From a bacterium (GTDB lineage Bacteria; UBA8248), in assembly GCA_965219955.1 (NCBI GenBank), contig OZ244799.1, positions 1,024,001 through 1,088,000 on the forward strand: 64,000 nucleotides of DNA, written 5' to 3'. Shown piece after piece: positions 30,900-41,233 of the stretch. The notes under the pieces are model-generated. The model was not told the DNA's origin. It did no database searches and was given only the letters and a program-made list of their open reading frames with translations. Positions within the stretch are counted from its first letter, which is position 1; each line of letters starts with the position of its first letter. The position numbers and the translations under genes are program-made.

Positions 30900-31784
30900 C
30901 TAGCGTATGCGCCAGCCGATAAGAGCCGCGCCGACCACCATGCAGGCGGTGCCGACGAGGATGGCGGGCGTGATGCGCTCCACGCTTCTGAGAAGGAAGT
31001 AGCTCATGACCAGGCTGAATACGGGGGCGGTCGAGGTGAGCGGGGAGACGACCGAGAGGTCGCCGATGTTCAGAGCGGTGAAGTGCAGGAAGAAGCCGAG
31101 CGCGTTCAGCAGTCCGCACAGCCCGAAGATATACCAGGCCTTGGGGCGGTCGAACTGGTTCGGTTTCTGGTCTTTAGGAAACAGCGGGATGAAGGTGACG
31201 AGGAAGAGAAACCCCGCCAGGGTCGTGAGGGTCGCGCCCATGACGGGGGCCTCGACGTGGGCGAAGGCGAGTTTTCTGAAGAGAAACGAGAACGCGGCGG
31301 CGACGGCGCTGAAAAACGCCAGCCAGAGGTGTTTCCTCTGCCAGGAGGTGTCGTCTGGTTTCTTGTAGCTGAGCGCGACGCTGCCCAGGACGATGAAGAG
31401 CGTGCCCGAGAGGATGAGCGCGCCGGGCCGCTCGCCCAGGAAGGCGATGGCGAGCGAGGTGGAGAACAGGGGCGTCAGCGAGACGAACGGCATGGCCCGC
31501 GCGACGCCCAGGTAGGAGATGCTGAGATACAGGAACACGCGCGACATCGCCGGGCCCGTAAGGCCCGCCAGCGAGAAGAAGAAAAAAGCGGGGAGGTTCC
31601 ACCACTCGGGCTGCCAGTAGTACCAGGTGACGGCGAGCATCACGGGGAGCGATGTGAACAGGCCGATGAAGACGCCCGTGAGCGCGTTTGCGTGCTCGCC
31701 GCCCTTCCTGATGCACACGCTGAAGGTGGCAAAGACCACGGCGGTGGACATGGCGTAGGATGCGGCGACGAGTTGGGGGTTCAT
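30900..31784 (-). CDS. DMT/EamA family transporter
   Basis: Two EamA halves (PLFS...FLGERP; PVFS...SVERIT). Confidence 0.88.
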   Translation of the reverse strand: MNPQLVAASYAMSTAVVFATFSVCIRKGGEHANALTGVFIGLFTSLPVMLAVTWYYWQPEWWNLPAFFFFSLAGLTGPAMSRVFLYLSISYLGVARAMPFVSLTPLFSTSLAIAFLGERPGALILSGTLFIVLGSVALSYKKPDDTSWQRKHLWLAFFSAVAAAFSFLFRKLAFAHVEAPVMGATLTTLAGFLFLVTFIPLFPKDQKPNQFDRPKAWYIFGLCGLLNALGFFLHFTALNIGDLSVVSPLTSTAPVFSLVMSYFLLRSVERITPAILVGTACMVVGAALIGWRIR

Positions 31785-31973
31785 CCGGTTCCCGGGGTTT
31801 GAGGCGTTCTCGCGACGTTGTGCGCGACAATTTTCGGCGAGACCCAATCTACAGCCTGCGCGTTCGCTTGGGAAGCGCAGCCGGGGCTTTCGGTGAAAAC
31901 CGATTCTCCGGATCGGGTGCTCCCACTGCCGTTCGTTATCCTTGAGAGGATGCAGGGACGGTTCCGCTCCTGC

Positions 31974-32230
31974 GGGGGCTGTTGAAAAAGCCCTTGTCAC
32001 AGGAGCACCCCCCCTCGTCAGAGGATAAAGGCACCCCCCCCTACCCCCCTTGTCAGGGGGGTAAAAAAGGCAACATCCCCACTGTTGGAAGACCTGATCG
32101 ACCAGCTGGCGCACTTGTCAGGGGGTAAAAAAAGCAACCCCTCCACCGGCGAGGGGTTTGGTTCTTTTTACCCCCCTGACAAGGGGGGTAGGGGGGGGTT
32201 GCTCTTTCCCTGACGAGGGGGGGTGCCTTT
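31974..32230. repeat. IS-type end followed by a CCCCCTTGTCAGGGGG-type REP doublet
   Basis: GGGGGCTGTTGAAAAA at 31974; long inverted arms at about 32004-32070 and 32162-32226 with a partial third copy between. Confidence 0.7.
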
Positions 32231-32453
32231 TATAGGATTTCCCTTTCAAGGGGGTTGCCTTTCAAGGAGAGAGCCTGCGCCGCCCGGGTTCGGATTCTGG
32301 CCGTCATTCCGGCGGTGTGGACGACCCCGGCACGAAAAAGGGCCACCCCCTCGTTTCTTACGCCGGTTTGACTTCCGGGGCCGGCGTTCTATATTTTGAT
32401 GGTCAATACCACGTATCGTCCCGTCCTGAATACTTAAACTTTGGAGACAGGTC

Positions 32454-33491
32454 ATGAATCGCAAGACTTTGATTATATTTGTATTCGTCGCCATCCTCGG
32501 GGTGGCGACGCTCGCCTCCCTCCCGAGCCGGGCCGAAGCCGCCTGCAGGGTCCGCATCGGCGATTTGAACTGGGACAGCGCCAATTTTCACGGCCAGGTT
32601 GCCGCCTTCATCCTGACGCACGGCTACGGCTGCCGGGTGCGGCTCATCTACGGCGGCACGCTGCCGACCATGGCGGCGCACTATCAGGGCAAGAACGACC
32701 TGATCATGGAACTCTGGTACGACAGCACGAAGGATCAGTACGACCTCGCGGAGAAGGAGGGCAAGGTCAAGAAGCTGAGCGTGAACACGCCCGACAGCAT
32801 ACAGGGCTGGTTCATCCCGCGCTTCGTCCAGAAGGCGAACCCGGGCCTAAAGACGGTCTACGACCTCGCGAAGTACAAACATCTCTTCAAGGATCCCGAA
32901 GAACCCTCCAAGGGCAGGTTCGTGAACTGCATCCCCGGATGGGCGTGCGAGGTCATCAACACGGTGAAGCTGCGAGCCTACGGGCTGGAAAAACATTTTA
33001 CGAATTTCCGGCCCGGCTCGGGCGGCGCGCTCGCGGCGGCCATCAAGGGCGCATACCTCAAGAAAAAGCCGGTCGTGGCCTATTACTGGGCGCCCACGCC
33101 GCTCCTGGGCCAGCTCGATCTGGTTCAGCTCGAAGAGCCTGCGTGGAACGAGGCCGACTGGGACGCGATGATGAAGCACGTGAACGCGCTCAAGAAGGGC
33201 GGGTTGGAGGCGATGGGCAAACCCGGGAAGGCCGTCGCCTACCGGACGATGGAGTTGCCCAAAACGGTCACGACGAAGTTCGCGGCCAGGCATCCGGAGA
33301 TCGTTGCTTTCCTCGAGAATTACTCGCTCCCCTCTAAAGTCGTCTCGGAGGTGCTCTCCTATCTCGAGAAAGATGCCGGCGGCGACGCGAAGGTCACCGC
33401 GCTCCATTTTTTGAAGACGAACAAGGTCTGGAAGAAGTGGGTTCCGGCCGACGTCGCGAAAAAAGTGGAGGCGGCGCTCGACTCGAATTGA
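32454..33491 (+). CDS. glycine betaine/choline-type ABC substrate-binding protein (orphan)
   Basis: LNWDS, LFKDPEEPSKGRF, CIPGWAC, YYWAPT; signal peptide. Confidence 0.88.
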   Translation: MNRKTLIIFVFVAILGVATLASLPSRAEAACRVRIGDLNWDSANFHGQVAAFILTHGYGCRVRLIYGGTLPTMAAHYQGKNDLIMELWYDSTKDQYDLAEKEGKVKKLSVNTPDSIQGWFIPRFVQKANPGLKTVYDLAKYKHLFKDPEEPSKGRFVNCIPGWACEVINTVKLRAYGLEKHFTNFRPGSGGALAAAIKGAYLKKKPVVAYYWAPTPLLGQLDLVQLEEPAWNEADWDAMMKHVNALKKGGLEAMGKPGKAVAYRTMELPKTVTTKFAARHPEIVAFLENYSLPSKVVSEVLSYLEKDAGGDAKVTALHFLKTNKVWKKWVPADVAKKVEAALDSN

Positions 33492-33582
33492 GCCGTTGCG
33501 GCAGGGCTGTAAATTTCGCTATCCTGCACGGGCTTCTCGCCTCATCTTTGCCTGCCATTTTCGCCAGAGGTCATGGATAGCC

Positions 33583-34632
33583 ATGTTGACCAGATTGGAG
33601 CGCAGCTTTTTCCGCGTTTTCCCACCAAAATATAGAAACAGGCATTGGGAGAAAAATCTGCCGATTCGACGGTTTCAGCCCTCGAAAATCAGGGGGAAAG
33701 TGATCATATGCGCCTTGAGCGCTTATGGATATGGAATGAAGACCCGCGGAAAGGTACAGCTGAACCTGTTTTTTCCGCCCTTTTGCCGAATATTGGGACA
33801 ATGCGGGATTGCAACGTCGTGTGCGACCGACTTCGAGGGCTTGAGGCATAAGATCGAGGCTTCCGAAGGGGTGCCGACCGTTCTGATTAATCTCATCAAT
33901 GAAATATACGATGAGATGGATGAATATGACATTCCGGAAGATTTATTGCGGAAAGCGAGCGCAGTTTTCAATTCTCATCAAACCACCGGTATCATCAAAG
34001 ACAAGCGGAAGGCAAACGAAACATTGTCCGGCCAAGGCATCATGATGCCGAGCCTGAAGTTGGATGAAGGGAAGAGGATATTCAGCAACGCGAGAGTCGG
34101 TTCTGGAGAGAACGTCTTTGTCCTCGAAAAAAATCAGGAAATCGATGACGGCCGCTACAATGCGGAATTTATCGACACCAGGGTCCCGTTTGAAAACTCC
34201 GTCTATTATACGTGTGTGAGGCTGGTCTGCATCGGTACACGCACGCTGCAGATATATGTTCGCGCCCGGGACGTCGAAGAAAACAACCCGTCGGTGCACA
34301 GCAAGGATACTCCGAAAAACCCCGAACTTCTGGAATACCTGTATCGAAACCTGGTTGAGCCGCGCCTGGAGCAACTTCATGCGCTGGGCCGCCGTATCGG
34401 AAGCGCCCTGGGGCCGGGATTCTACGGGCATGACGTGTTGGTGGACAACAAATCCGGGCATATATTCTTGTGCGAGGCAGGTTTTAAGTTCTATGACCAT
34501 ACTTACTGCAGCCGGATGATGAACGTAATATGCGACGGGAGCCTGCAGCGCACGATGCTCGACCAGGAAACTTATGCGGGGTACGCAGGTTCCGTTTTCT
34601 TGGCGTACTGCTCGGAAATGGGTTTCTTGTAG
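33583..34632 (+). CDS. hypothetical protein with ATP-grasp-like motifs
   Basis: VFN...KDK...MP, EFID, VR, GHDVL...LCE pattern; lower GC; start uncertain. Confidence 0.55.
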   Translation: MLTRLERSFFRVFPPKYRNRHWEKNLPIRRFQPSKIRGKVIICALSAYGYGMKTRGKVQLNLFFPPFCRILGQCGIATSCATDFEGLRHKIEASEGVPTVLINLINEIYDEMDEYDIPEDLLRKASAVFNSHQTTGIIKDKRKANETLSGQGIMMPSLKLDEGKRIFSNARVGSGENVFVLEKNQEIDDGRYNAEFIDTRVPFENSVYYTCVRLVCIGTRTLQIYVRARDVEENNPSVHSKDTPKNPELLEYLYRNLVEPRLEQLHALGRRIGSALGPGFYGHDVLVDNKSGHIFLCEAGFKFYDHTYCSRMMNVICDGSLQRTMLDQETYAGYAGSVFLAYCSEMGFL

Positions 34633-35027
34633 CGTCGTCAATTCTCCGAATCGGCAGCACCGCTTCCGGCTTCTGGCGCCTCCAGGGGGGAGTAACTTCC
34701 AGAAACCTAAATCGTGGATGATGCCGAAATATGAAAGATAATGGCCAAATTCTCTGGATTTCACCATTCGCCGGAGTGACGAGCAAAAGCGAGTTCAGCA
34801 CGCCTTCCCTGATCGGTCGCGGCAAACTTTGTTCATCAACGCTTTTTCAACAGCCCCTTTGAGGGGGTAGTTGGAAACCGCTGCTACTGTCTTTTGGTGT
34901 TTGGATATTTTGCACCCGATATGGGAGGGTATCGAGAAGCTGGGACACAGGAACCGCGCCCGCAGGTGTGGCTTATCCGCTTCTTGTATTTGGTTTTTTC
35001 GGCTCCAAAATAATGGAAAGGGAAATC

Positions 35028-36050
35028 ATGAAAAGAATTTTCGTGCCTCAACCGATCCCGGAGGTCGCCGCCGCTAAACTCGATACGCTTGGCGAGGTGA
35101 CCACGTATCCGCACGTCGACCGCATGATCCCGGAAGCCGAGCTGCTGGAAGCGGTGCGCGACAAACACATACTGTTCGGCATCGGGGAGATTCCCTTCGA
35201 CGAGCGGGTGTTCGAAGCGGCGAAAGAGTTGGAGTTCGTCTCCGTCATGCATGGGTCGGCGAGGTTCATCGATTTCGCCGCGGCGACGCGCCGCAACGTC
35301 CCGGTTTCGGGGCAGAAAAGCATGACCCAAAAAAACACCGCGGAATTCACGTTCGCTCTTTTGATGGCGACGGCCTGGCGACTGCCGGAGGCGGATACAT
35401 TCCTCCGTGAAGACCGCTGGCGGCAGAATCAGTCGATGGCTTTCTTGGGTACGCGTCTTTACGGCAAGACGCTCGGGATCGTTGGGATGGGCCGAATCGG
35501 GCAACTGGTGGCGCGCAAAGCCGTCGCTTGCGATATGCGCATTATCTACAACAAGCGCACCCCCCTGAGCCCGGCGGAGGAATTCACTCTCGGGTGCGCC
35601 GAATACCGCACTCTCGACGATTTGTTCAGAGAGGCGGATTTCGTCGCATTGACCCCGGCGCTCACCAAAGACACCGTGGGTCTCATCACCGGAGAGCTCA
35701 TCTCTCTCATGAAGCCGAGCGCCATTCTGATCAACACTTCACGCGGCCTCATTCTGGACGAGGCGGCACTGGAGAAAGCCCTCAGGGAAAAGCGGATCCG
35801 GGGCGCCGGGCTGGACGTCTATCAGACCGAGGTGCCGGAGCCCAACCCGGGACCGATAGCGGGTCTCAAGGAGTTGCCGAACGTCGTTCTCACCCCGCAC
35901 ATGGGCAGCGCGGGGCGCGAGACGCGCGAGGAGATGGCCTTGCGCACGGTGATGAACATCGAGCGCTTCATCGACGGCAAGCGGCCGTATGACGTCTTCA
36001 ACCCCGAAGTTTACGGCGAGGCGCCCATTACGGACGAGGTCATCGGATAG
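35028..36050 (+). CDS. D-2-hydroxyacid dehydrogenase (glyoxylate reductase-like)
   Basis: GMGRIG, INTSRG, LDVY, TPHMGS. Confidence 0.93.
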   Translation: MKRIFVPQPIPEVAAAKLDTLGEVTTYPHVDRMIPEAELLEAVRDKHILFGIGEIPFDERVFEAAKELEFVSVMHGSARFIDFAAATRRNVPVSGQKSMTQKNTAEFTFALLMATAWRLPEADTFLREDRWRQNQSMAFLGTRLYGKTLGIVGMGRIGQLVARKAVACDMRIIYNKRTPLSPAEEFTLGCAEYRTLDDLFREADFVALTPALTKDTVGLITGELISLMKPSAILINTSRGLILDEAALEKALREKRIRGAGLDVYQTEVPEPNPGPIAGLKELPNVVLTPHMGSAGRETREEMALRTVMNIERFIDGKRPYDVFNPEVYGEAPITDEVIG

Positions 36051-36240
36051 CCGATGAGACGACGGTTTCACTTCCGGGAACCCTTGCGCCTTGAAGTAAT
36101 TGTCCCACCGCCGCACCTGAAACCCTTGGATGGCGAATCGGTAATTCCGCATAGAATCAATCGCTTCTTCGTCTCGCCAAGGAAGGAGCGATGTTTTCTC
36201 GCCATTTTACGCAACGGAGTTGCGCCGCCCCGTCTTTCGT

Positions 36241-36296
36241 TTTTCATGAATTTTCCATGATTTTGTAACGTGCGCGCGACGGCGGGTCGTTATAAT
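36241..36296 (+). promoter_or_regulatory. candidate Pho box (three 11-bp units) plus -10 TATAAT
   Basis: TTTTCAT-GAAT-TTTCCAT-GATT-TTGTAAC at 36241-36269, TATAAT at 36291, upstream of phoX. Confidence 0.55.
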
Positions 36297-36382
36297 CCGC
36301 CCCGATGACGAAGTCGCATGAGGCGGGCGCGTCATTCGCGCTCGTGCGTTATTCTGGAATTTCACACAGTGGGGGATGAGAG

Positions 36383-38308
36383 ATGCACGAGGATGTAACG
36401 CGCGAAGCGAAGCTCGCCGCGCACGAAGAGTATTCACCGGATGAGTTCGACGAGATCCACCATCCGCGTCACGAGGAGACGGATTTCGAAAAGCTGGCGG
36501 AGAAGATGATCTCCCGGCGGGGCTTCCTGGGCCGCGGGGCGGCGTTTGCCGCGACGGCGTTTGTCATGAGCGCGGGCGGCGTCGACCCGCTCTCCGCCTT
36601 CGCGAACGCGAATCGCTTCGGCTTCGAGGCCGTGCCCGCAGGCACGCGAGACACCATCACCGTGCCCAAGGGCTACAGCTGGCACGTCGTCGCCCGGTGG
36701 GGAGACCCCATGTGGACGCGCGGGGCCGAGTTCGACCACGCCACGCGCGGCACGGGCGCGAGCCAGGAACTCGCCTTCGGCGACAACAACGACGGCATGT
36801 CGCTCTTTCACACCGGGGACAGGAACGTCCTCGCCGTCAACAACGAATACGCGAACGTCTCCATCATCCACGGCGGTGCGGGTTCCGGCAAACCCGAGAC
36901 CGCCGACGACGTACGAAAGAGCAAGGCGGCGCACGGGGTGTCTATCGTGGAGATTGCGCAGAAGGGCGGCAGATGGTCGATCGTCAAGGATTCCTCCTAC
37001 AACCGCAAGATCACGCCCGACACGCCGATGGAGATCACCGGCCCCGCCCGGGGCCATGCCCTCATGAAGACGGCCGCCGACCCCCAAGGCGCGCGCTGCC
37101 TCGGCACCTGGAACAACTGCGGAAACGGCGCGACGCCGTGGGGCACGTATCTCACGTGCGAGGAGAATTTTCACGGCTATTTCTCATCGAGTGACCCCGA
37201 GGTGAAGGTTTCTCCCGAGTTCAGGCGCTACGGCGTGGGCCCCAAGAATTGGGGATACCGCTGGGAGATGACGGATGAGCGCTTCGACATCTCGAAACAC
37301 GCAAACGAACCCAACCGCGCGGGCTACATCGTCGAGATCGACCCGCTCGACCCCGATTCCACCCCCAAAAAGCGCACCGCACTCGGGCGCTTCAAGCACG
37401 AGAACGCGGAGGTGGTGCTCGCCGCGAACGGCCAGGTGGTGGTCTACATGGGGGATGACGAGCGCGGCGAGTTCATCTATAAATTCGTGAGCGAGGGCCG
37501 CTACGCCGAGGGCGGCGACAACTCGAATCTCCTGGAGACGGGCAAACTCTACGCGGCGAAGTTCGCGGAAAACGGCCGGGGCGAATGGGTGGAACTTACG
37601 CCCGAATCCACGGGTCTGGCCTCGCAGGCGGAAGTCTGCGTCCACACGCGGGTCGCGGCCTCGGCCGTCAAGGCCACCACGATGGACCGCGCAGAGTGGG
37701 TGGCGGCGAACCCGAAGAAGGCGGAGGTCTACTGCTGCCTCACCAATAATAAAAATCGCGGCGTGAAGCCCAACAAGGGCGGCGACCCCACCCCCGTCGG
37801 CGGCCCGAACCCCCGGGCGAACAACCGCTACGGGCAGATCGTCCGCTGGGCGCCGGAGGGGGGCGATCACCTCTCGAACGCCTTCTCGTGGGATTTATAC
37901 GTCGTCGCGGGCAACCCCGCCGTCCACAAGGGCGCGAACGCGGGTTCCAAGAACGTGACGCCGGATAACATGTTCAACTCCCCCGACGGCCTCGCCTTCG
38001 ACAGGAACGGGATGCTGTGGATCCAGACCGACGGCAACTACAAGAACGCGAAGGGCTTCGCGGGCCAGGGCAACAACCAGATGCTTGTGGGCGACCCGGT
38101 GACGGGCGAGATCCGCCGCTTTATGGTCGGGCCCAGGCAATGCGAGGTCACGGGCCTCGAATGGAGCGCAGACGGCAGGACGCTCTTCGTGGGTATCCAG
38201 CACCCCGGCGAGAAGGGCGGCGACAGCCACTTCCCCGACGGCGGCGACACCACGCCCCGCTCGGCGGTGGTCGCTGTAACCCGCGACGACGGTGGGGTTA
38301 TCGGCTGA
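36383..38308 (+). CDS. phoX: PhoX family alkaline phosphatase, Tat-exported
   Basis: SRRGFL Tat motif, NC...TPWGTYLTCEEN, GRFKHE, MDRAE, SPDG, QHPG. Confidence 0.95.
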   Translation: MHEDVTREAKLAAHEEYSPDEFDEIHHPRHEETDFEKLAEKMISRRGFLGRGAAFAATAFVMSAGGVDPLSAFANANRFGFEAVPAGTRDTITVPKGYSWHVVARWGDPMWTRGAEFDHATRGTGASQELAFGDNNDGMSLFHTGDRNVLAVNNEYANVSIIHGGAGSGKPETADDVRKSKAAHGVSIVEIAQKGGRWSIVKDSSYNRKITPDTPMEITGPARGHALMKTAADPQGARCLGTWNNCGNGATPWGTYLTCEENFHGYFSSSDPEVKVSPEFRRYGVGPKNWGYRWEMTDERFDISKHANEPNRAGYIVEIDPLDPDSTPKKRTALGRFKHENAEVVLAANGQVVVYMGDDERGEFIYKFVSEGRYAEGGDNSNLLETGKLYAAKFAENGRGEWVELTPESTGLASQAEVCVHTRVAASAVKATTMDRAEWVAANPKKAEVYCCLTNNKNRGVKPNKGGDPTPVGGPNPRANNRYGQIVRWAPEGGDHLSNAFSWDLYVVAGNPAVHKGANAGSKNVTPDNMFNSPDGLAFDRNGMLWIQTDGNYKNAKGFAGQGNNQMLVGDPVTGEIRRFMVGPRQCEVTGLEWSADGRTLFVGIQHPGEKGGDSHFPDGGDTTPRSAVVAVTRDDGGVIG

Positions 38309-38322
38309 TCCCGCATCCTGTC

Positions 38323-38849
38323 GGGGTTGTTGAAAAAGCCTGGTCTGCATCTCCGTAAACCGCCAACGCCTCTTTCCTCACCCTGAGTAGCCGCCGAAGG
38401 CGGTGTATCGAAGGGCGAGGAACTCGCGTCGGAACGAGAGCAAACGCTCATTCATCAATCGCGTTTGACATTCGATACGCGGCTCCGCCGCTACTCAGGA
38501 TGAGGCGGTGCGGGTTTTGGCCGTCATTCCGGCGAAAGCCGGAATCCATTTTGACTTTTCACCGGGCGGGGCGGCCACGACCTTGTTGTTTAGAGGCGTC
38601 CGGATGCGGAATTCAGAAAATTCGCCTTTCGTTTTTGTGTTCGATTCCGATACTCCCCGCCCGGGAGTAAAGACGTCCGAGCGAGGAGGCGAAAAAGCAA
38701 AGGCGAAAATGGATTCCGGCTTTCGCCGGAATGACGAGCAAAGTCACATCGCTTCTTGTAGGGACAGGTCGCGACCTGTCCCTACGGACCCTTCTCACCG
38801 GTTGGGTTTGTTCGCCAAATCACGAAATCAGGATTTTTTCAACAACCCC
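38323..38849. mobile_element. MITE-like unit carrying three REP families
   Basis: Perfect 15-bp IR GGGGTTGTTGAAAAA / TTTTTCAACAACCCC; CCTGAG doublet at about 38376-38505, GTCATTCC doublet 38523-38735, GTAG REP 38758-38785. Confidence 0.72.
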
Positions 38850-38954
38850 CTTGCGGGCGGGGCATTTTTTTTCGCACACTTGTCCGCCGGAAGATGAAAC
38901 ACACAATTTCACGCTAGATGAAACCTGGAGCAAGAAATAAAGGACGCGCGCGCA

Positions 38955-40046
38955 ATGGAAAACGGCAAACGACCCATCGAATACGCCTGGTATCTGCCCT
39001 CGAACAAGCGGGGCGACGCCACCAGGCTCGGAACCGGCGAGGTGGAGATACCGCCCGAGATCGACTATCTCGTCCACGTGGCGCAGACGGCGGAGGCGAG
39101 CGGCCTCACGAACATGCTCATCCCGTGCAACACCTCGTGTTCGGACGGCTGGCTTCTGGCTTCCGCGATCGCCCGCGAAACGCGGAGTATAAAATTCTGC
39201 GTCGCCATACGGCCCGGCCTCACCACGCCGACCTTCGCCGTGCAGCAGGCGAACACGCTCGATTTCATCTCCGGCGGGAGGCTGACAGTGAACGTCGTGC
39301 CCGGCGGGTCATCGGTGGACGCGCGCCGCTACGGCGACTGGGTGGATCATGACGGACGCTACGAGCGGGCGGACGAGTTTCTGGATATCGTGCGCGCGTT
39401 CTGGACGGACGGGGAGGGTAGGGTGAACTACGAGGGCGCGCACTACCAGGTGGAGGACGGCTTCGTCTTCCCCGGCCCCGCGCGGCCGGGAGGGCCTCCG
39501 CTTTATTTCGGGGGAAGCTCGCCCGCGGCGAAAAAGGTCATCGCCAAGCACGCCGACGTTTTCCTGAAATGGGGAGAGCCCCCCTGGCAGATCGCCGAGG
39601 AATACGAGGAAGTCAAGAAAATGGCGCGCGAGGAGCATGGCCGCGATTTGAGATTGGGCGTGCGCTTCCACATCCTGGTGCGCGAGGACGACGCGCAGGC
39701 CAAGGAAGAGGCCGAGTCCATCATCGCGGGCACGGCGTCCTACGGGGAGAGTTCCTCCGTCACCGGCGAGGTGGCCGGGCAGGTGGAATCCGTCTCCCAG
39801 CAGCGGATGAACGCCATGACGGCGGAGGGGAAGCTCTGGCACGGGCCCGCGCTGTTTTCGGGCATCAACCTCGTGCGCCAGGGGGCGGGCACCATGCTCG
39901 TGGGAAGTCCCGAGGTGGTGGCCGACGCCATGCGCGAGTACATTGACTTAGGCGCGACCACGTTCATCCTCTCCGGCTGGCCGCATGACGAAGAGGCGCG
40001 TAATTTTGGGAAGTATCTTCTGCCGCTGCTGCCGGATGCGGTGTGA
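38955..40046 (+). CDS. LLM-class flavin-dependent monooxygenase (SsuD-like)
   Basis: AIRPG, SGGRL.VNVV, RYERADEFL, YFGGSS, LVGSP, FILSG. Confidence 0.9.
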   Translation: MENGKRPIEYAWYLPSNKRGDATRLGTGEVEIPPEIDYLVHVAQTAEASGLTNMLIPCNTSCSDGWLLASAIARETRSIKFCVAIRPGLTTPTFAVQQANTLDFISGGRLTVNVVPGGSSVDARRYGDWVDHDGRYERADEFLDIVRAFWTDGEGRVNYEGAHYQVEDGFVFPGPARPGGPPLYFGGSSPAAKKVIAKHADVFLKWGEPPWQIAEEYEEVKKMAREEHGRDLRLGVRFHILVREDDAQAKEEAESIIAGTASYGESSSVTGEVAGQVESVSQQRMNAMTAEGKLWHGPALFSGINLVRQGAGTMLVGSPEVVADAMREYIDLGATTFILSGWPHDEEARNFGKYLLPLLPDAV

Positions 40047-40064
40047 GGGGGGTGTAAGGATTTT

Positions 40065-40092
40065 GTAGGGACAGGTCGCGACCTGTCCCTGC
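40065..40092. repeat. GTAG-type REP
   Basis: GTAGGGACAGGTCGCGACCTGTCCCTGC, also at 38758, 46318 and 58232. Confidence 0.85.
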
Positions 40093-40113
40093 GGGTTCCG
40101 AATCTTTCTTCCT

Positions 40114-41061
40114 TCACCTCTCAATCAGGATATCCCCCGAAATCGAGGCCAGATCCTTACAGCCCGCCAGCACCATGGATTTTTCGAGTTCCGCCTGCAT
40201 GAGTTCGAGCATCTCCGCCACCCCGGCGGGGCCTTTTGCGAAAAGCCCCAGCACGAGCGCACGTCCCGAAGTCACGCCCTTCGCACCCCGCGCGAGCAGC
40301 TTCAGCACGTCGTCGCCTCTACGGACGCCGCTTTCGGCCAGGATCAGCACGTCGTCCCCCACGGCGTCCACGACCTCGGGGAGGATTTCCATGGGATGCG
40401 CCCAGGAGGGCCCGTGCGCGCCCCCGTGCGTGGTGACGATGATGGAAGCGGCCCCGGCGTCGCGCGCGATGCGCGCGGTCTCGGCCGAGCCCACCGCCTT
40501 GAAGACGAAGGGAAGCCCGGTGGCCTTCACGTAGCCTTCGAGCGCGTCCGCCCGCTGGGGTTCGCATTCGGGGTTGTAAAAGCCCGATTCGAAATCCATG
40601 CCCACGGCGAAGGCACCGGTGTCTTCGGCGAGTTTGAGCGAGGTAAGCGTGCGCTGTTTGTCCCGCCAGGGTTTCACGATGCGTATGGCGGAAGGATATG
40701 CGGCGGCGGCTTCGCGCCAGACGTCGTCCGAACAGTCGCCTATCCAGTATTGCGTCCCGAAGCGGGCGGCGCCCCTGGCGACTTGCAGGAACCCGTCCGC
40801 CCAGTGAGCGGCCAGCGTGTTCGCGCTCATCGAACCCGTCATGATGGGGCTTTTGAGCTTCTTGCCGAGAAAATCGAACCCGGTGTCGGCGGAATCGGTG
40901 AGCATCAAGCGCATTTTCAGGCCGAAGCGCGTGAATCCGGCCAGCGCGGTCTGCGTGCCGGGGAGGTCCGGCCCCAGGATATCGTAGGGGTTTCCTCCGC
41001 CCGATTTTTCGATGTTCACACGCGCTTGTTCATAAATCTCCCGATACGCCGCCTCGCTCAT
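40114..41061 (-). CDS. FMN-dependent alpha-hydroxy acid oxidase-like protein
   Basis: FLGKKLKSPI, PFVFK, THGG, SGVRRG, GR, M.LAGC; start inferred after AAGGAG. Confidence 0.8.
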   Translation of the reverse strand: MSEAAYREIYEQARVNIEKSGGGNPYDILGPDLPGTQTALAGFTRFGLKMRLMLTDSADTGFDFLGKKLKSPIMTGSMSANTLAAHWADGFLQVARGAARFGTQYWIGDCSDDVWREAAAAYPSAIRIVKPWRDKQRTLTSLKLAEDTGAFAVGMDFESGFYNPECEPQRADALEGYVKATGLPFVFKAVGSAETARIARDAGAASIIVTTHGGAHGPSWAHPMEILPEVVDAVGDDVLILAESGVRRGDDVLKLLARGAKGVTSGRALVLGLFAKGPAGVAEMLELMQAELEKSMVLAGCKDLASISGDILIER

Positions 41062-41233
41062 TGCTTCATGCTCCTTCTCGCTTGAGGTTTCCTCGTTTCT
41101 TAAGATTTCCGGCTCCCGCGCGCCCGTTCCGCCTGCGTTTGGCGGATTCGCCACCCTGGGCTATCATTTCATGCAAAATAAACGCAAGAGATAACCCGTT
41201 CCGGTTTTCGGACATCCTGAGGAGGACGCCACC

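Noticed and set aside
38508-38897. Small ORFs containing IPAKAGI, MDSGFRRND or GTGRDLSL peptides (also near 1020, 58127 and 58412)
   Set aside because: These are translations of REP palindromes, not genes.
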